NCBI GenBank assembly: GCA_013265495.1
Contig: MU057981.1
Span: 62,001 to 126,000, forward strand
Origin: Vicugna vicugna
Lineage: Eukaryota
Reading direction: 5' to 3'
Length of the DNA: 64,000 bases
The number at the start of each line of letters is the position of its first letter. Position 1 is the first letter of the stretch. Below the pieces are notes generated by a model, which worked only from the letters and a program-made list of their open reading frames with translations, was not told the DNA's origin and did no database searches. This document shows positions 25,963 to 40,559 of the stretch, piece by piece. The translations under genes were made by a program, and so were the position numbers.

Positions 25963-27419
25963 AAACTGGCCCATGTCCAGGAAAAAGGCAGTTTGAGGAT
26001 GTGGGTGTTTGAGAGCTCGGAAAGAGGTTATGTGATATGCAAGACAGCGTCAAATGTGAGAAACAACACTGAAATTATAATTGAGGCATATTTATTAAAA
26101 AATTCTTTATAATACAAGGAAGGTTTTTTTTTAAGGAGGGTTATTAAAGAGAGAAACAAAGCAGTGGGGTCTCCAAAACGGGAGTATTTTAAAGGAGAGC
26201 AAAAAGAGGTGAAATATGCTTATTTCAGAAGGATCACTTCCGTAACTGGCTATGTTGAGTATGTTATTTGTGGGCACAAGGCATGAAAGATGCGGAAAAC
26301 CTTATGACTGAGCGTAAACAATTTGTTCAAGAAATTTTAGAAAAATGACTGATGGAAGACATGGTGCCAAGAGAGGATTTTAAAATATTTTTAATAGTTT
26401 TAACTAACATGTGAAAGAGAAGAAATTGACCAAAAAGCTAAAGACTTCTTTGTCTTGATGATCGGGCTGGATAAATTTTAGAAATAATTATATTATCTGG
26501 GTGACAAATTCTTAGTAAGGGAAGCAGCAGTCTCCACCAAATGGCAAAAATTCACCAAAACTGGGTTCAACTCTCCTCAAGTCTTCTTTTGAAAGTTCTA
26601 CTAGATCAGTGTGGTAGCGATCTGATGTTACAAGCACAGCAAAGAGATACTAGGTGAATAAATATTTACTGAACACCAAGTAGGTGCCAAATGCCATCAT
26701 AGGCATTGCCATCTTATTGAAGAATGCATTTTGTATTGCCAGTGAATATATGCTCTTTAAATTTTCTTCTACATTTAAGATTTTATAATTTTCTACTTAC
26801 CTTTGTGTTCTTCACAGAGTTATATGTTAAAACTGTCCTAAAATGGTCACAGCTATTAACTAATTCTTATTGTCAGAATACAGGTTCACTTGAGAATATT
26901 AGGCTGTGTACACATTTGTCTATAGTATCCAAGACCAATGTCAAGGAGATTTCTCCTCTGTTTTTTTCTAGGAATTTTACAAGTTCAAGTTTTATGTTTA
27001 ACTATTTCAAGTTAATTTTGTGTTTGTGTTGCTTACATTTTTAAAGTAGACCCTATGAGATCTCCAAAAGTCAGTTATTTGGGGGGGATCAAAGATTGTT
27101 GATCTTTGTGGGGAGATGGAGGGAGGCTGGGGTTTCCCTCTTTGCCCTCTTGGTGATGTACTGATCACTCCTCTTAATCAGTCTTATTACTTTTTTCCCT
27201 GAGAACTGCATTAGGAGGCCGTACACCACGTTCTCAATGAATGAGCTATTGACATGTTAGAGAAGCAATAAAACTTCAGCTGTAAATTGATGCCAGTCAC
27301 TGGCAGGGATCCTCCTACCTACCCTTTACTGGCCTCTGGGGAAGGAATGCACAGGAGACGCATCCGTGAATTTACATTTTCTTAAAATTTCCAGTTAACT
27401 TAATTGCTGCATCTATGTA

Positions 27420-27424
<5 letters not shown>

Positions 27425-27454
<30 letters not shown>
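27425..27454. repeat. (GT)n microsatellite
   Basis: Directly visible. Confidence 0.9.
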
Positions 27455-27455
<1 letters not shown>

Positions 27456-28854
27456 GAATGGCTTTAACTAGTAAAGGTGGTTGGTGTAATAATAAATGTT
27501 TAATAACACATGTGAAGTTACTAAACAGTTTCATGGAAGCTTGTAGCTACACTGATTTAAAAGGATGTATTTTAAGTTAATTGGGATTGATAAGTGATTC
27601 TCACAGAAATAACTGAGTTGTGATAATGAGAAATGTTAAATAATGGGACAGTAAATATTGTGAAGGCTGATCATATTTTAACACAGGGAACCAACATTAC
27701 CTACATCAGTGCCAGGCTTTATATTTATATGAATATAAACCTTACAACAGCCCTGGGAATTCAGTCATGACATTACTTTTTATATGATAAATTTTCTGAA
27801 GCAAAGATTATTTAAATACATTTTCAATATCATTTTCCTAGTTAAAAAAATAAAAAGTTGTACCCTGATTTGAACGCTGAACTGATAAGTTCCAAAGTTT
27901 ACACTTTCTTTTCTATTTTTCAAGGCTTACGTTTTGATACTCACATTTTGTCACTGCTGGGAGGGATGATATACAGAGTAATTGTGAAAGTGAAATCCAC
28001 CACTCTGCTGGTTCTAAATCATTGCTGATGCCAGCATATTTGTTCCTATTCCTTTCAGTTATTTACAACGTAATAAAGGCAAGCATCTGTTTATCAAAAT
28101 TCTTTGTCTGATTTATGTATACCAAATGATATGTAAGTATGGAACGCTTGTACCTGAGTGGTGTCCTAAACTCAGATCTTAGCTGCATTATGTTATTGTT
28201 GACTTGTTAGTAATTTTGAGAGCTGGCCAATTCTATAATCTCTCTCTTGTGTTTTGAAAGCAACAATAACCAGAATTTATTGAGTGTTTACTTTATCAGG
28301 CACTGTTTTAAGTTATTTGTAGGTATTAATTCACTTAACTATCATAAAAATTCTGAGTTTGTAACTGGAGGTGAATGAAGAACACTTCCAAAATCTCCTA
28401 CATAGAATCCTAATCAATGCAGTTTTGCTCTCTTCCCTGACCCCTTTCACCCTTGTGTGTGAAGTGGCATTTAAGAACTAATTGTATCATTGTGAGTCAC
28501 TGGGGAGGGATGACAATTAATTTTTGACTTTAGATATACCAGGTCTACACTAGCTTGGATGAGGGATACATATTTACTGTAATTTTAGGGTTCTGGTTGT
28601 GCCAACTTTATCCTCAATTACCAAACAATTCAAGCACACATAAAATAATACAACATATATACTTACCTGTCACCATTAACAGTTATCATATTATGTTATT
28701 AGTATATATCTAACTTTTTATTTAAAGGGATAGTGTTTTATGACGCCAAAACCCTTTTTCTCTGATCCATTTTCCAGCCTTACCACTACTTTTGTTACTA
28801 TATAATGTCTCACTTAGATATTTATACTTTTATTATATAGATATGAATGCTTAC

Positions 28855-30780
28855 CTGTGGGAAACAAAGACTCTGCTCTTAAAGGGCACATGCAAAATAC
28901 ACATGCTTTAACACCCAGCTCAGAGATGATAATTTGGAAAGAACCTGAGTCAGACCCACTTCCTGACCTTGGAGAGACTCCCAGAGACTGGAGGTCCTGG
29001 GATTCCTCCTGGGGACACAGAGGCTTGTGGCAGCATTCTGGGGTGCTTGTTCTATGACAGTGATACTGGTGCTGCTAAGTGCCTTTTTAAAGCCCCCTCT
29101 CTAGCCTATTAGCACCTGACAGAGGCGTACCTACCCAACAGCTGGCCAGTCTTGGGAACACCAGTCCCAGCAGCAATCAATGCCATTGCCTGGCCACAAC
29201 AGCCAGTGGTCCAGCCTCAGCCCTGGATCTTCCTGGCTTATGAACCAGCCATAGCAGGAGCCAACCCCGCTCACCAGCAACTGGAAGCCTTCGCACAGGT
29301 TAGCGCCTGGCAACCAACAGGCTGAGGGCCAGCCCCATCTACCAATGTGTGACAATCAGCCCACACAGAGGACACTCCAGATCACACAACTCTGGGAAAC
29401 AGAGAGAAGTGTGCTGCTGGGCCCCACGTAAGACTCCTTTTCCTATGTAAGTCCACTTCTCCAAGATTGGGGAACATAAATGACCTACCTAATACATACC
29501 AAAAAAAAAAAAAATACAGAGACTTATGCAAAATGAGGTGAAAGAGGGATATAAAATATAAAAATAAGACCCCAGGAGAACAAGGAAAAGTGGAGATAAG
29601 CAATCGGCCTGGACAAAAGTTCAAGGTAATGATCATAAAAATGCTTATTGAACTCAGAAGAAGAACAGAAGAACACAGTGAGACATTTAACAAGAGTTCA
29701 AAAATATTTAAAAAATCAAACAGAGCTGAAGAATACAATGAATAAAAAATACAAAGGAAGAAATTAACAGTAAATTAGATGATACAGAGGAATAGATCAG
29801 CCAACTGGAAGACAGAGTAATGGAAAATACCCAAGCTTAAACAAACAAAAAAAACTTTTAAAAATGAGGACAGTTTAAGATACTTCTGGGACAACATCAA
29901 GCATTCGCAGTGTAGGGAATCTCAGGAGAGGAAAGAGAGAAAGAGGGAGAGAACTTATTTAAAGTGATGATAGATGAAAATTTCTCCCACATGGGAAAGG
30001 AAATAGACACTCAAGACCAGAAAAAAATGGAACCCCAAACTAGATCAACCCAAAGAAATTCACAGCAAGGCATATTGTCATTAAAATGGCAAAATTTAAA
30101 GATAAAGAAAACAAATAAATCAATTTAAAAGCAGTGTTGACTGAAATATATGTGCAGCCAAAAAGTTAAGAGTTATGTTTTATTTGATGGGAAGACTTGA
30201 GCCAGGATGACAGCCTCTCAGAACTCTCTGAGGGACTGCTCCCAAGAGGTAGGGGAGGAGCTAGGATATACAGGTGCTTTGCAACAAAGACCAGGTGCTT
30301 GGAACAACAGAAGATTGCTTGGTATCTAAAGAGAACCAGGCATCTCAAGTTCAAGAATTTAGTGCTTTTCTATGTATGGGAGGAAGCAGACATTTGGGCT
30401 CATTGAATCCATTCCTTTGTCAAGCACGTAGCTATCTAGGGCCAGTATCCTGTCCTTTCCTATTCTGAGTCCGCTCAGAGGGCACCACTGTGAAGGGCTG
30501 CAGAGGCTGGGCTGCAGGCATGTCCTCACTGGCGGGTGGTGGCAGCCGCTGATGACTTGGTTTCAGCATTCTTTGTTTACTGATATGTTTGCAGTATTTT
30601 CATTCACATTGCAGTAATTTCGTTCACAGCAGAAAGTCAAAAGCAGCCAGTTATGTAAAAGAGAAATTACATAAGACTCTCAATTAACTTTTTAGCAGAA
30701 ATTTTGCAGGTCAGAAGGCATAATACATTTAAAGTGATGAAAGAAAAAAATATATATATAACCAAGAATACCTGACTGGA
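28855..30780 (+). mobile_element. L1 5' UTR plus ORF1 fragment, interrupted by a solo LTR
   Basis: GC-richer 5' UTR followed by A-rich ORF1-like text (gagataagcaatcggcctggacaaaagttcaaggtaatgatcataaaaatgc). It resumes after the LTR. Confidence 0.8.
30135..30628 (-). mobile_element. Solo ERV LTR (ERV1-like)
   Basis: TG...CA termini with 4-bp TSD gcag (30131-30134 / 30629-30632). Minus-strand AATAAA near 30180. Confidence 0.85.
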
Positions 30781-31179
30781 AATTTTAAGCTTGCACTTAG
30801 CCAAGTGATATATTTAGACACAAAAATGTATTGTATTGTTTTGTCAGGCACAGCCCATAGACAAATATTTATTTTACTTTTCTGAAAGCTGACCCAAATT
30901 TGTGTATGTGTTAATAGATATTATAAACAATCAATTAGAAATTGGCAATTGGCTAAATTTTGTTGTATGCTTAGATTAAAAGGTGTATATCTGATGTTAA
31001 TTCCATTTCAAAGCTGCCATGGCTTTTTTAATTCTTGAAAGGTAGAATCTTTGACAAAAATAAAAACAGTGTTAGCAAACTAACATTCATTGGGCTTTTA
31101 TTATGTACCAGTTACTATTATAAATCATGCTTGCATGTTTTAGGAGCTGCTACTAAGTATGAAGTGATACATTTGGTGG

Positions 31180-31560
31180 ATCATGGGAGTCCATGATTGG
31201 GTTAACAAATTGTAACAGACCCCAGCCACCTGTCACCTTTAAGAAAAACAAATGTGTTTAGTAACTGCTTTGCAAGCAGGCGCTTGTGCATCTGTACTCC
31301 TGTCTCCTTGCTGTAAAAAGCAAAGGCAATGACTTGCTTGCATAGTTGAGGTTTTAGATAGCACGCTGCTCATTGCAAAGCAATAACCCAAGCCCTCAGC
31401 TAGAAACACTGGGCTTGTGTGCTGTTAGATAGTCTATTATCCCCAAAACAAGGACATGGCTGGTCTGGCGGTCTGCTTTGTAATGAACATATCTAAAGAA
31501 TGTATCTTGTTCCCCTCTCCCCATGACTTCCCTAAAGATACACTAAGCCTTTGTACTCAT
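31180..31560. mobile_element. Possible degraded LTR fragment
   Basis: LTR-like composition (tgttagatagtctattatccccaaaacaaggacatgg). Termini not resolved. Confidence 0.35.
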
Positions 31561-32117
31561 TGCGACTTCTACAATCTCGATCCCATCTTGTCTTTCCCTA
31601 AATTCCTGCATTCCATCCCACACAACTGTTAATGATTTTTTCTTTGATTATACACAATAATCAATGGGAGCATTTGAGAGGCTCATGGAGTTGGCTCCTG
31701 ATTCTTCCTCTTTTGACTTTTTCCACAGAGTCTCAAGTAATTCATTCCATCTCAGTGGGACTTATACTGGCCAGAACCCACCATGGAGGCGGGATAACCC
31801 AGCCCTGCTTATCAAATAAATATTCAGATCAAGATTTGGGGGCCAAAAAAGAAATCTCTGATTTCTTACATAGGAGAAAATTCTGTTGCATAGGTAACAG
31901 AAAAGTCTGTTGTAACTAATTAAATTCCATCTTGGAACATTTGAGTATTTTCTTTTGTCTTATCCTTCATGTATTCCTATTTGAGATCTATGATTAATGT
32001 GTTTTCAGGGTATTAATACTGGCTATTGGTGAAAGACCAATGATATATGGGTATCCTTGATAGTTAGTGGCACCAAAATCTCTTAGGGGGTGTTTGAGAG
32101 AGCTGATGCATTGATAC

Positions 32118-33438
32118 TGTTGCCTATAGATGCAACTGGTGTTCCAGGTTTTTGTCCCATCCCAGAAAGAATTCAGAGACAAGACTTAGAGGTTAAAAAA
32201 GGTAAAGTGAGAATTTATTAAAGGACGGATAGTACACTCTCAGGGGAGAGTGGGCAGGCTCAGGGGAGTAGCTACCCTGAGTTTCTTTGGCAAGTCAGTT
32301 ACATAGGGTATAAAAATGAATGGGCAGAATATTTATTGGGGAGGAAAGGGTTTGGGGTCATATTCCCTGATTATCATCCCAACTCCACCTTCCCAAAGGG
32401 AGGAGGGATTTTTTTTTAACATTTTTTATTGATTTATAATCATTTTACAATGTTGTGTCAAATTCCAGTGTTCAGCACAATTTTTCAGTCATTCATGGAC
32501 ATATACACACTCATTGTCACATTTTTTTCTCTGTGAGTTATCATAACATTTTGTGTATATTTCCCTGTGCTATACAGTGTAATCTTGTTTATCTATTCTA
32601 CAATTTTGAAATCCCAGTCTATCCCTTCCCACCCTCCGCCCTCCTGGTAACCACAAGTCTGCATTCTCTGTCTGTGAGTCTATTTCTGTCCTGTATTTAT
32701 GCTTTGTTTTTGTTTGTTTGTTTGTTTTTGTTTTTGTTTTTTAGATTCCACATATGAGCGATCTCATATGGTATTTTTCTTTCTCTTTCTGGCTTACTTC
32801 ACTTAGAATGACATTCTCCAGGAGCATCCATGTTGCTGCAAATGGCATTATGTTGTCAGTTTTTATGGCTGAATAGTATTCCATTGTATAAATATACCAC
32901 ATCTTCTTTATCCAGTCACCTGTTGATGGACATTTAGGCTGTTTCCATGTTTTGGCTATTGTAAATAGTGCTGCTATGAACATTGGGGTGCAGGTGTCAT
33001 CCTGAAGTAGATTTCCTTCTGGATACAAGCCCAGGAGTGGGATTCCTGGGTCATATGGTAGGGAGGAGGGATTTTTGTCCTTATTTAGCCTGGATCGGAA
33101 GTGTCCTGGTGTTGGTGCATGATGGGCACTTCTGATCTGCAAGGCTAATTTTATTGAAATGAGGGCATAATGAGCAAAAGGTTACATTTGGACACTAGAA
33201 ATTCCTGCCTTTTCTCACCTTTCTTTGTTCTTCTCCAGGCCACTTGTCATCCCAAAAGGCATGATCCCTTATCAGCCCCAAGGTTCCTGCTTTCCTTTCT
33301 CTGCCCAAGGATCCCTGCTGCTCACATGATGTGTGGTTTCCTGCATTTGGCCTGTGCCCCTCCTTTCTGCCCAATTCCTGCCACTTGGTCTGTGTTCCCC
33401 TTTCTCTGCTCACATCTAGCTATTTGCCTGCTCTAACA
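32118..33438 (-). mobile_element. Solo ERV LTR split by a young L1
   Basis: tgttg...taaca termini with near-TSD atac/ataa and a minus-strand AATAAA near 32215. Confidence 0.75.
32414..33059 (-). mobile_element. Young 5'-truncated L1 (ORF2 C-terminus plus 3' UTR)
   Basis: Open ORF2p C-terminus (LPYDPGIPLLGLYP...WIKKMWYIYTMEYYSAIK) and a perfect 17-bp TSD agggaggagggattttt (32397-32413 / 33060-33076). Confidence 0.95.
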
Positions 33439-35722
33439 ATAATGTGTACCATAAGGGAACAGAATTCTTCAGAGGATAACATGCAAATGAGATGTCCAGG
33501 ACACATCTTTAATTTGTGAGGAGAAGGTTCATTTACAGCCTTATTGTCCTATATCTAATAGAGTTGCCACTGCTTCTTATGGACTGTGATTGCTATGCTG
33601 ACATAAAGGAAAGCTGATTGTGGAAAATGCTGTAATACAAGGAAATGTCATAACCTTATACCTTTGAACAAATTCAGTATATTAAGCTGATCTTGAAACC
33701 ATTAATTATTCCTAGTCTAAATTATTTATGTTGATGTCTATATCAAAACCAGAGGCCTCAACTGTTGAAAAATAAGTGAGTCTGAGTCACAGCATATTGT
33801 TACAAAATTTGATATTAGAGCTCTCTTTTTCCTTGTCATTTATACTAATATATAGATTATAGACAATTATTTCAAGGGGAAATGCTGAAAACAGTGGCCT
33901 GGAGTAGGACTGTTTAGAAGAGTTTCCTTACTACCACTAAGGTTTAAAGGTAATTCATGGCATTTCATCACACTAGGATAGTTTAGAGATGGAAGGAAGA
34001 ACTACTTTTTCTCTCCAAGAGTCTGTAATCTATTATTTAGAAATGTTTCCAAAATTTTGGTGAAGAAAAAGCCACAGGGAAGAGGATATGTACTAAAAAC
34101 TTCATTCATATAATCACAGATGCATGTTTGTTATTCTTTTCTCTAAGTATATTTACCTGATATTTTTTCTTTCTTTTTTTTTTTTTTTTACTGATAATAT
34201 TTTGAAACCTAGTGAAAGAATTAGGTGAAATTATGACCTACATTTTGACTTATCACTTTAAAGACATATGTATGTAGTTTTTCAAAGGGAATATGATAAC
34301 GATTTCATGTGCATAATGACAAATATTTCAAACTATTTTGCTTATTTTTATTTTTTGTATAAATGCATTTTAGATGTATAGTAGAATCTTATTATAAGAT
34401 AGCTTCTTAAAGGAATTTGGCTGTGGTGGTGTGATGTGTGTAGAAATCAGCTGGAGAGTTGCTTAATAATGAAGATTTCCAGAGATTCACTCCTTTTGAA
34501 TCTTCTCTTCTAATCTCAAGCAGAAACAATGTTAAGAAGATATTTGAAAATTGGGTGATAATAAGAAATTTGTTTATCTGAAGCTCTATGTGATGATAAC
34601 AAAGAGGAACAAAGGAACTAAGAAGACACAGAAAGACTAGATCAGAATTCTGTTGGAGTAACATAAAGGCCAAATTATAAATAAGATACAAGCCAATGTC
34701 TGAGTATGTTGAACACTCTAGAAGTTGTAAAGCAGGTGAATCTGGGAAATTTAGGAAACCAAGTCACAAATATGGTGCACATGGAAGAACATTTATCTTC
34801 ATGAAGTTATAATGGTAACAATTTCTTAAATGCCTTCTGAAGGAAATACAACAGCCAGAAGAGAAAAATGTATTGTGACTCAAAGCCCAAAAAGAAAAAG
34901 AAAAAGAAAGGAACAAAGAAGAAATACCAAATCAACAGGAAAACTAAGTTCAAAATGTCAAAAAGCACACATCTATCAATAATTACTGTAAATGTCAATG
35001 AACTGAATGCTCCAATCAAAAGACACAGAGAGGCAGACTGGACAATAAAATAAGAACCTACAATATGCTGCATCAAGAGACCCATTTTAGGGAGAAGGAT
35101 GCACATAGATTGAAAGTGAGAAGATGGAAAAAGACATTTCACTCAAATGGAAATGACAAGAAAGCAGGAGTAGCAATATTGATTTGAGACAAAATAGACT
35201 TTAAAAAAAGGGCCATAAAGAAAGATAAGGAAGGACACACTGTAATGATAAAATGAGCAATACAAGATGAGAATATTACACTCGTTAACACATACAAACC
35301 CAATATAGGAGCACCTACACACATAAAGCAAATGCTAACAGATATAAAGGGAGAAATTGATGGGAGCACAATCATAGTAGGAGATTTTAACACCTCATTA
35401 ACATCACTGGACAGATCTTCCAGACAGAAAATCAATAAGGCAATGGAGAAACTAAATGACACAATAAAACAATTGGGCTTGGTTGATGTTTTCAGAACAT
35501 TACATCCACAAAAAATAGAATATACATTCTTTTCAAGGGCACATGGAAGATTCTCTAGGATAGATCATGTATTCAGGCACAAAAGAAGCCTCAACAAATT
35601 CAAGAAGATAGAAATTATTTCAAACTTCTTTTCTGACCACAAAACCATGAAACTAGAAAACCACCACAGAGAAACAAAGGAGAAAAAAAAAATGACAACA
35701 TGGAGATTAAACAACATGCTAC

Positions 35723-35763
<41 letters not shown>

Positions 35764-36918
35764 AATGATGAAATCAAAATCTAGGGATGCAGCAAAAGCA
35801 GTCCTAAGAGGGAAGTTCATAGCGATACAAGCCTTCTTCAATAAAGAACAATCTCAAATAAACAACTTAACCTACTATCTAAAAGAATTAGAAAAAGAAG
35901 AGCAAAGTCAAAAGCCAGCAGAAGGTAGGAAATAATAAAGATTAGGGAGATAATAAATAAAATAGAGATTTTTTTAAATAGAAAAATCAATCAAACCAAG
36001 AGCTGTTTTTTTTTGAAAGGGTAAAATTGACAAACTTCTCTGGCCAGGCTTACCAAGAAGAAAAGAGAGAGAACACAAATAAACAAATTAAGAAAGAAAA
36101 ATGTAGAAATTACAACCAATACCACAAAAATACAAAATATCATAAGAGAATACTATGAACAACTATATGGAAACAAAGTGGATGACTAGAAGAAATGGAC
36201 AAGTATTTGGAAACATACAGTCCATGAAGACTGACTCAAGAAGAAATAGACCACTTGAACACACTGATCACTAGAAGTGAAATAAAGTTAGTAATAAAAA
36301 ACCTCCCTGCAAACAAAAGTCCAGGACCAGATGGCTTCACAGGGGAATCTACCAAACATACAAAGAAGAACTCATACCGGTTCTTCTCAAACTCTTCCAA
36401 AAGATTGAAAAGGAAGGCGTCCTCTCAAACTCATTCTATGAAGCTACCATCACCCTGATACCAAAACCAGACAAAGATATGATCAAAAAAGAAAATTACA
36501 GGTCAATATCACTGGTGAACATAGATGCACAGATCCTTAACAAAATATTAGCAAACATAATTTAACAGCACATAAAAAATATCATGCACCATGATCAAGT
36601 TGGATTTATCCCAGGGACACAAGGATAGTTCAACATATGCAAATTAATGTGATACACCACGTCCAAAAAAGAAAGAACCAAAACCACATGATAATCTCAA
36701 TAGATGCAGAAAAAGCATTTGATAAAATTCAATACCCACTTATGATAAAAACTTACCAAAGTGGGTATACAGGGAACATATCTCAACATCATAAAAGCTA
36801 TTCATGATAAACCTACAGCCAATATAGTACTCAATGGTGAAAAACTGAAAACCTTCCCACTAAAATCTGGGACAAAAGAAGGATGCCCATCCTCACCACT
36901 TCTACTTAACATAGTCTT

Positions 36919-37085
36919 GGGGAGGAGGGTATAGCTCAGTGGTAGAGCACATGCTTAGCATGCACAAGGTCCTGGGTTCAATTCTGGGTACCTTCTCTGA
37001 AAATAATAATTAAATATACCTAATTACCTCCTCTTCCCTAAATAAATAAATAAATAAATAAACAAATAAATAAATAAATAAAGGA
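36919..37085 (+). mobile_element. tRNA-derived SINE (camelid Vic-1-like)
   Basis: A box tagctcagtgg, B box ggttcaattc, (taaa)n tail and TSD aacatagtctt (36908-36918 / 37086-37096). Confidence 0.9.
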
Positions 37086-38253
37086 AACATAGTCTTAGCA
37101 GTCCTAGCCACAGTAATCAGGCAAGGTAAAAAGAAATAAAATAGATCCACATTGGAAAAGAAGAAGTAAAATTCTCACTATATGCAGATGACTTACTATA
37201 TACAGAAAACACTAAAAACTCCACAAAAAACTACTAGAGCTAATTAAAAAAATTGACAATATAGCAGGATACAAGATTAACATAAAAAATCACTTACATT
37301 TCTTTACACTAACAATGAATCAACAGAAGAAAATAAAGAAACAATCCCTTTTAAAATTGAATCCATAACAATAAAGTACTTAGGAATAAATCTGACCAAG
37401 GAGCTGAAAAACATATACATAGAAAATTACAAAGCATTGATTAAGGAAATTAAAGAAGACTTATAGAAATGGAAGGATATCCCATGCTCTTGGATTGGAA
37501 GAATCAATATCATTAAAATGGCTGTACTCCCACGTCAATCTACAGGTTTAATGCAATCTCTATCAAATTATCCAGGATACTTTTTACAGAACTGGAACAG
37601 GCAATCTTAAAATTTATATGGAATCACAAAAGGTCCAGAATTGCCAAAGCAATATTGAAGAAAAAGAGTGAAGCTGGAAGAATAATCTTCCGAGACTTCA
37701 GACAATATTACAGAGCTACAGTAATCAAAGCAGCATGGCATTGGCATAAAAACAGACATATGGATCAATGGAACAGAATAGAGAGCCCAGAAATAAGTCC
37801 ACAAACCTATGGTCAATTAATCTTCAACAAAGGTGGCAAGAGTATACAATGGAATAAACACAGTCTCTTCAGCAAGTGATATTGGGAAAACTGGATAGCA
37901 GAATGTAAATCAATGAACTTAGAACACTCCCTCACTCCATTTATAAAAATAAACTCAAAATAGCTTAAAAACTTAAGTATGAGATAGGATACTACATCTC
38001 CTAGAAGAAAAGATAGGCAAAACATTATCTGACATAAATCTTAGCAATGTTCTCCTAGGGCAGTCTATCCAGGCAATGGAAATAACAGGAAAAACTAACA
38101 AATGGGACCTAATTAAACTCATAAGCTTCTGTACAGCAAAGGAAAACATAAGCAAAACAAAATGACAACCAATGGAATGGGAGAAAATATTTGCTAATGA
38201 TGCGACTGACAAAGACTTAATTTCTAGAATATATAAACAACTCACACAACTTA

Positions 38254-39053
38254 TTATTTGTTTATTTATATTTTTTATTGAGCTAGAGTCAGTTTACAAT
38301 GTGTCAATTTCTGATGTACAGCACAATTTTTCAGTCATACATGAATATACATATATTCATTTTCATATTCTTTTTCACCATGAGCTACTACAAGATCTTG
38401 AATATATTTCCTGTGCTATACAGTGTAAACTTTTTTATCTATTATGTATATATCTGTCAGTTTCTAGAAATCTCAAACTCCGTCTGTCCCTTCCCACCTC
38501 CTTTCCCCTGGCAACCACAAGCTTGTGTTCTATGTCTGTGAGTCTGTCTGTTTCTGTTTTATATTAAAGTTCATTTGTCTTTTTTTTTGGTTTCATATAT
38601 AAATGATATCATATGGTATTTTTCTTTCTCTTTCAGGTTAACTTCACTTAGAATAACATTCTCCAGGAACATCCATGTTGCTCTAAATGGCATTATATTG
38701 TCATTTTTATGGCTGAATAGTATTCCATTGTATAAATATACCACCTCTTCTTTATCCAGTCACCTGTCAATGGACATTTAGGTTGTTTCCATGTATTGGC
38801 TATTGTAAATACTGCTGCTATGAGCATTGGGGTGCAGGTGTCTTTTTGAATTAGGATTCCTTCTGAGCTGATTGAGTGGGATTGCTGGGTCATATGGTAA
38901 GTCTATTTTTAGTCTTTTGAGGAATCTCCATACTGTTTTCCACAATGGCTGCACCAAACACCACCAGCAGGAGAGTTCCCTTTTCTCCACAGCCTCTCCA
39001 GCATTATCATTTGTGAACTTCTGAATGATGGCCATTCTGACTGGTGTGAGGTG
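38254..39053 (-). mobile_element. 5'-truncated L1 nested antisense within an L1
   Basis: L1 3' end on the minus strand with TSD acaactcacacaactta / acagctcatacaactta (38237-38253 / 39054-39070). Confidence 0.9.
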
Positions 39054-40254
39054 ACAGCTCATACAACTTAATAACCAAAACCCCAAACAACCCAATCGAA
39101 AAATGGGCAGAAGACCTAAACAAGAAATTCTCCAATAAAGACATACAAATGGCCAATAGGCATATGAAAAAAAATGCTCAATATCCTAATTATCAGAGAA
39201 ATACAAATCAAAACTGCAATGAAATATCACCTCACATCAGTCAGAATTGCTGTCATTCAAAAGTCTACAAATGATAAATGCTGGAGAGGCTGTGGAGAAA
39301 AGGTAATCCTCCTACACTGTTGGTGGGAATGTATTCTGCTGCAGCCATTATGGAAAACAGTATGGAGATTCCTCAGAAAACTAAAAATGGACTCACCATG
39401 TGATCCAGAAACCCCTCTTCTGGGTTATGTATCTGGAAGTAACTCTAATGTGAAAAGATACATGCATTGCAATGTTCATAGCAGCACTATTTATAATAGT
39501 CAAGACATGGAAATAACATAAATGTCCACTGACAGATGACTGGATAAAGAAGTTGTGATACATTTATATAATGAAATGCTACTCAGCCATAAAAAAGAAT
39601 AAAATAATGCCATTTGCAGCAACATGGATGGACCTAGAGATCATCATTGTAAGTGAAGTAAGCCAGAAGGAGAAAGAAAAATACCATATGATGTCACTCA
39701 TATGTGGAATTTTAAAAGAAGAAGAAGAAAAAGAAGAAGAAAAGAGGGCATTAATGAACTCATCTACAAAACAGAAACAGACTTACAGACATAGTAAACA
39801 ATCTCATGGTTACTGGAGAATGGGGATGGGAAAGGATAAATTTGGGAGTTTTAAGATTTACAAATGTTAGCCATTATATATAAAAATATATTTTTAAAAA
39901 ATTCTTCTGTATAGCACAGTCAACTATGTTCAGTATCTTGTAATAACCTTTAATGAAAAAAATGAAAACAAATATATGGATGTATATGCATGACTGGGAC
40001 ATTGTGCTGTACACCAGAAACTGACACGTTGTAATCAATATACTTCAATAAAAAAAAAGAACACTTTTACATTCATGTTCATCAAGGAAAAAAATAAATA
40101 AAAATAAAACACACTTGCAAATGGAAAAAAAGAGTCAAATTCCTCTGAATACACATCACATTTTTAAAAAACTTTTTTCACCCTATCAATATTTTTATAA
40201 AAATGTATACAATTATTCTCCCTGTAAATTATTTCTTTTTACTTAATCACATTT

Positions 40255-40480
40255 AAAAAGTGCTTATTATATCTAGGAATTTTAGAAATGCTAACATATT
40301 TCACTCTTGCAGCTCCCTGTGTGTTAGGTACTTCTATTATCCTTGTTTTTGAGATGAAGAAACTCAGGCACAGTATTAGACACAGTGTGTCTAAACTCAC
40401 AGCTGTAAATCTGGGGTTAAGCCCCAAGAGCTTTGGCTCCAGGATCCACACTTTCAACTACAATATTATCCTGCCTCTCT
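40255..40480 (-). mobile_element. MIR SINE
   Basis: ctattatccttgtttttgagatgaagaaactcaggcacag is a MIR core. Confidence 0.7.
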
Positions 40481-40559
40481 ATTCTTGACAATACAGTAGT
40501 TCTCAGTAGTAACAAATGTTCACTGAAGAAAATGGTGTTTTATGGGTAATACTTATGCT

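Larger units (their letters stand above)
34890..40060 (+). mobile_element. L1 with near-complete but disrupted ORF2 and 3' UTR
   Basis: Endonuclease start (HLSIITVNVNELNAPIKR, IVGDFNT, SDH), RT motif tatgcagatgac (YADD), C-terminus and A-tail at about 40050. Many stops and frameshifts. Confidence 0.95.

Noticed and set aside
25974..26580. Coding-like continuation of the unknown insert
   Set aside because: It lies outside the direct repeat, has frequent stops and shows no recognisable protein.
36919..37000. tRNA gene
   Set aside because: It has a tail and TSD and interrupts an L1, so it is a SINE.
34954..39720. Active L1
   Set aside because: No 5' UTR or ORF1, and ORF2 has stops, frameshifts and nested insertions.
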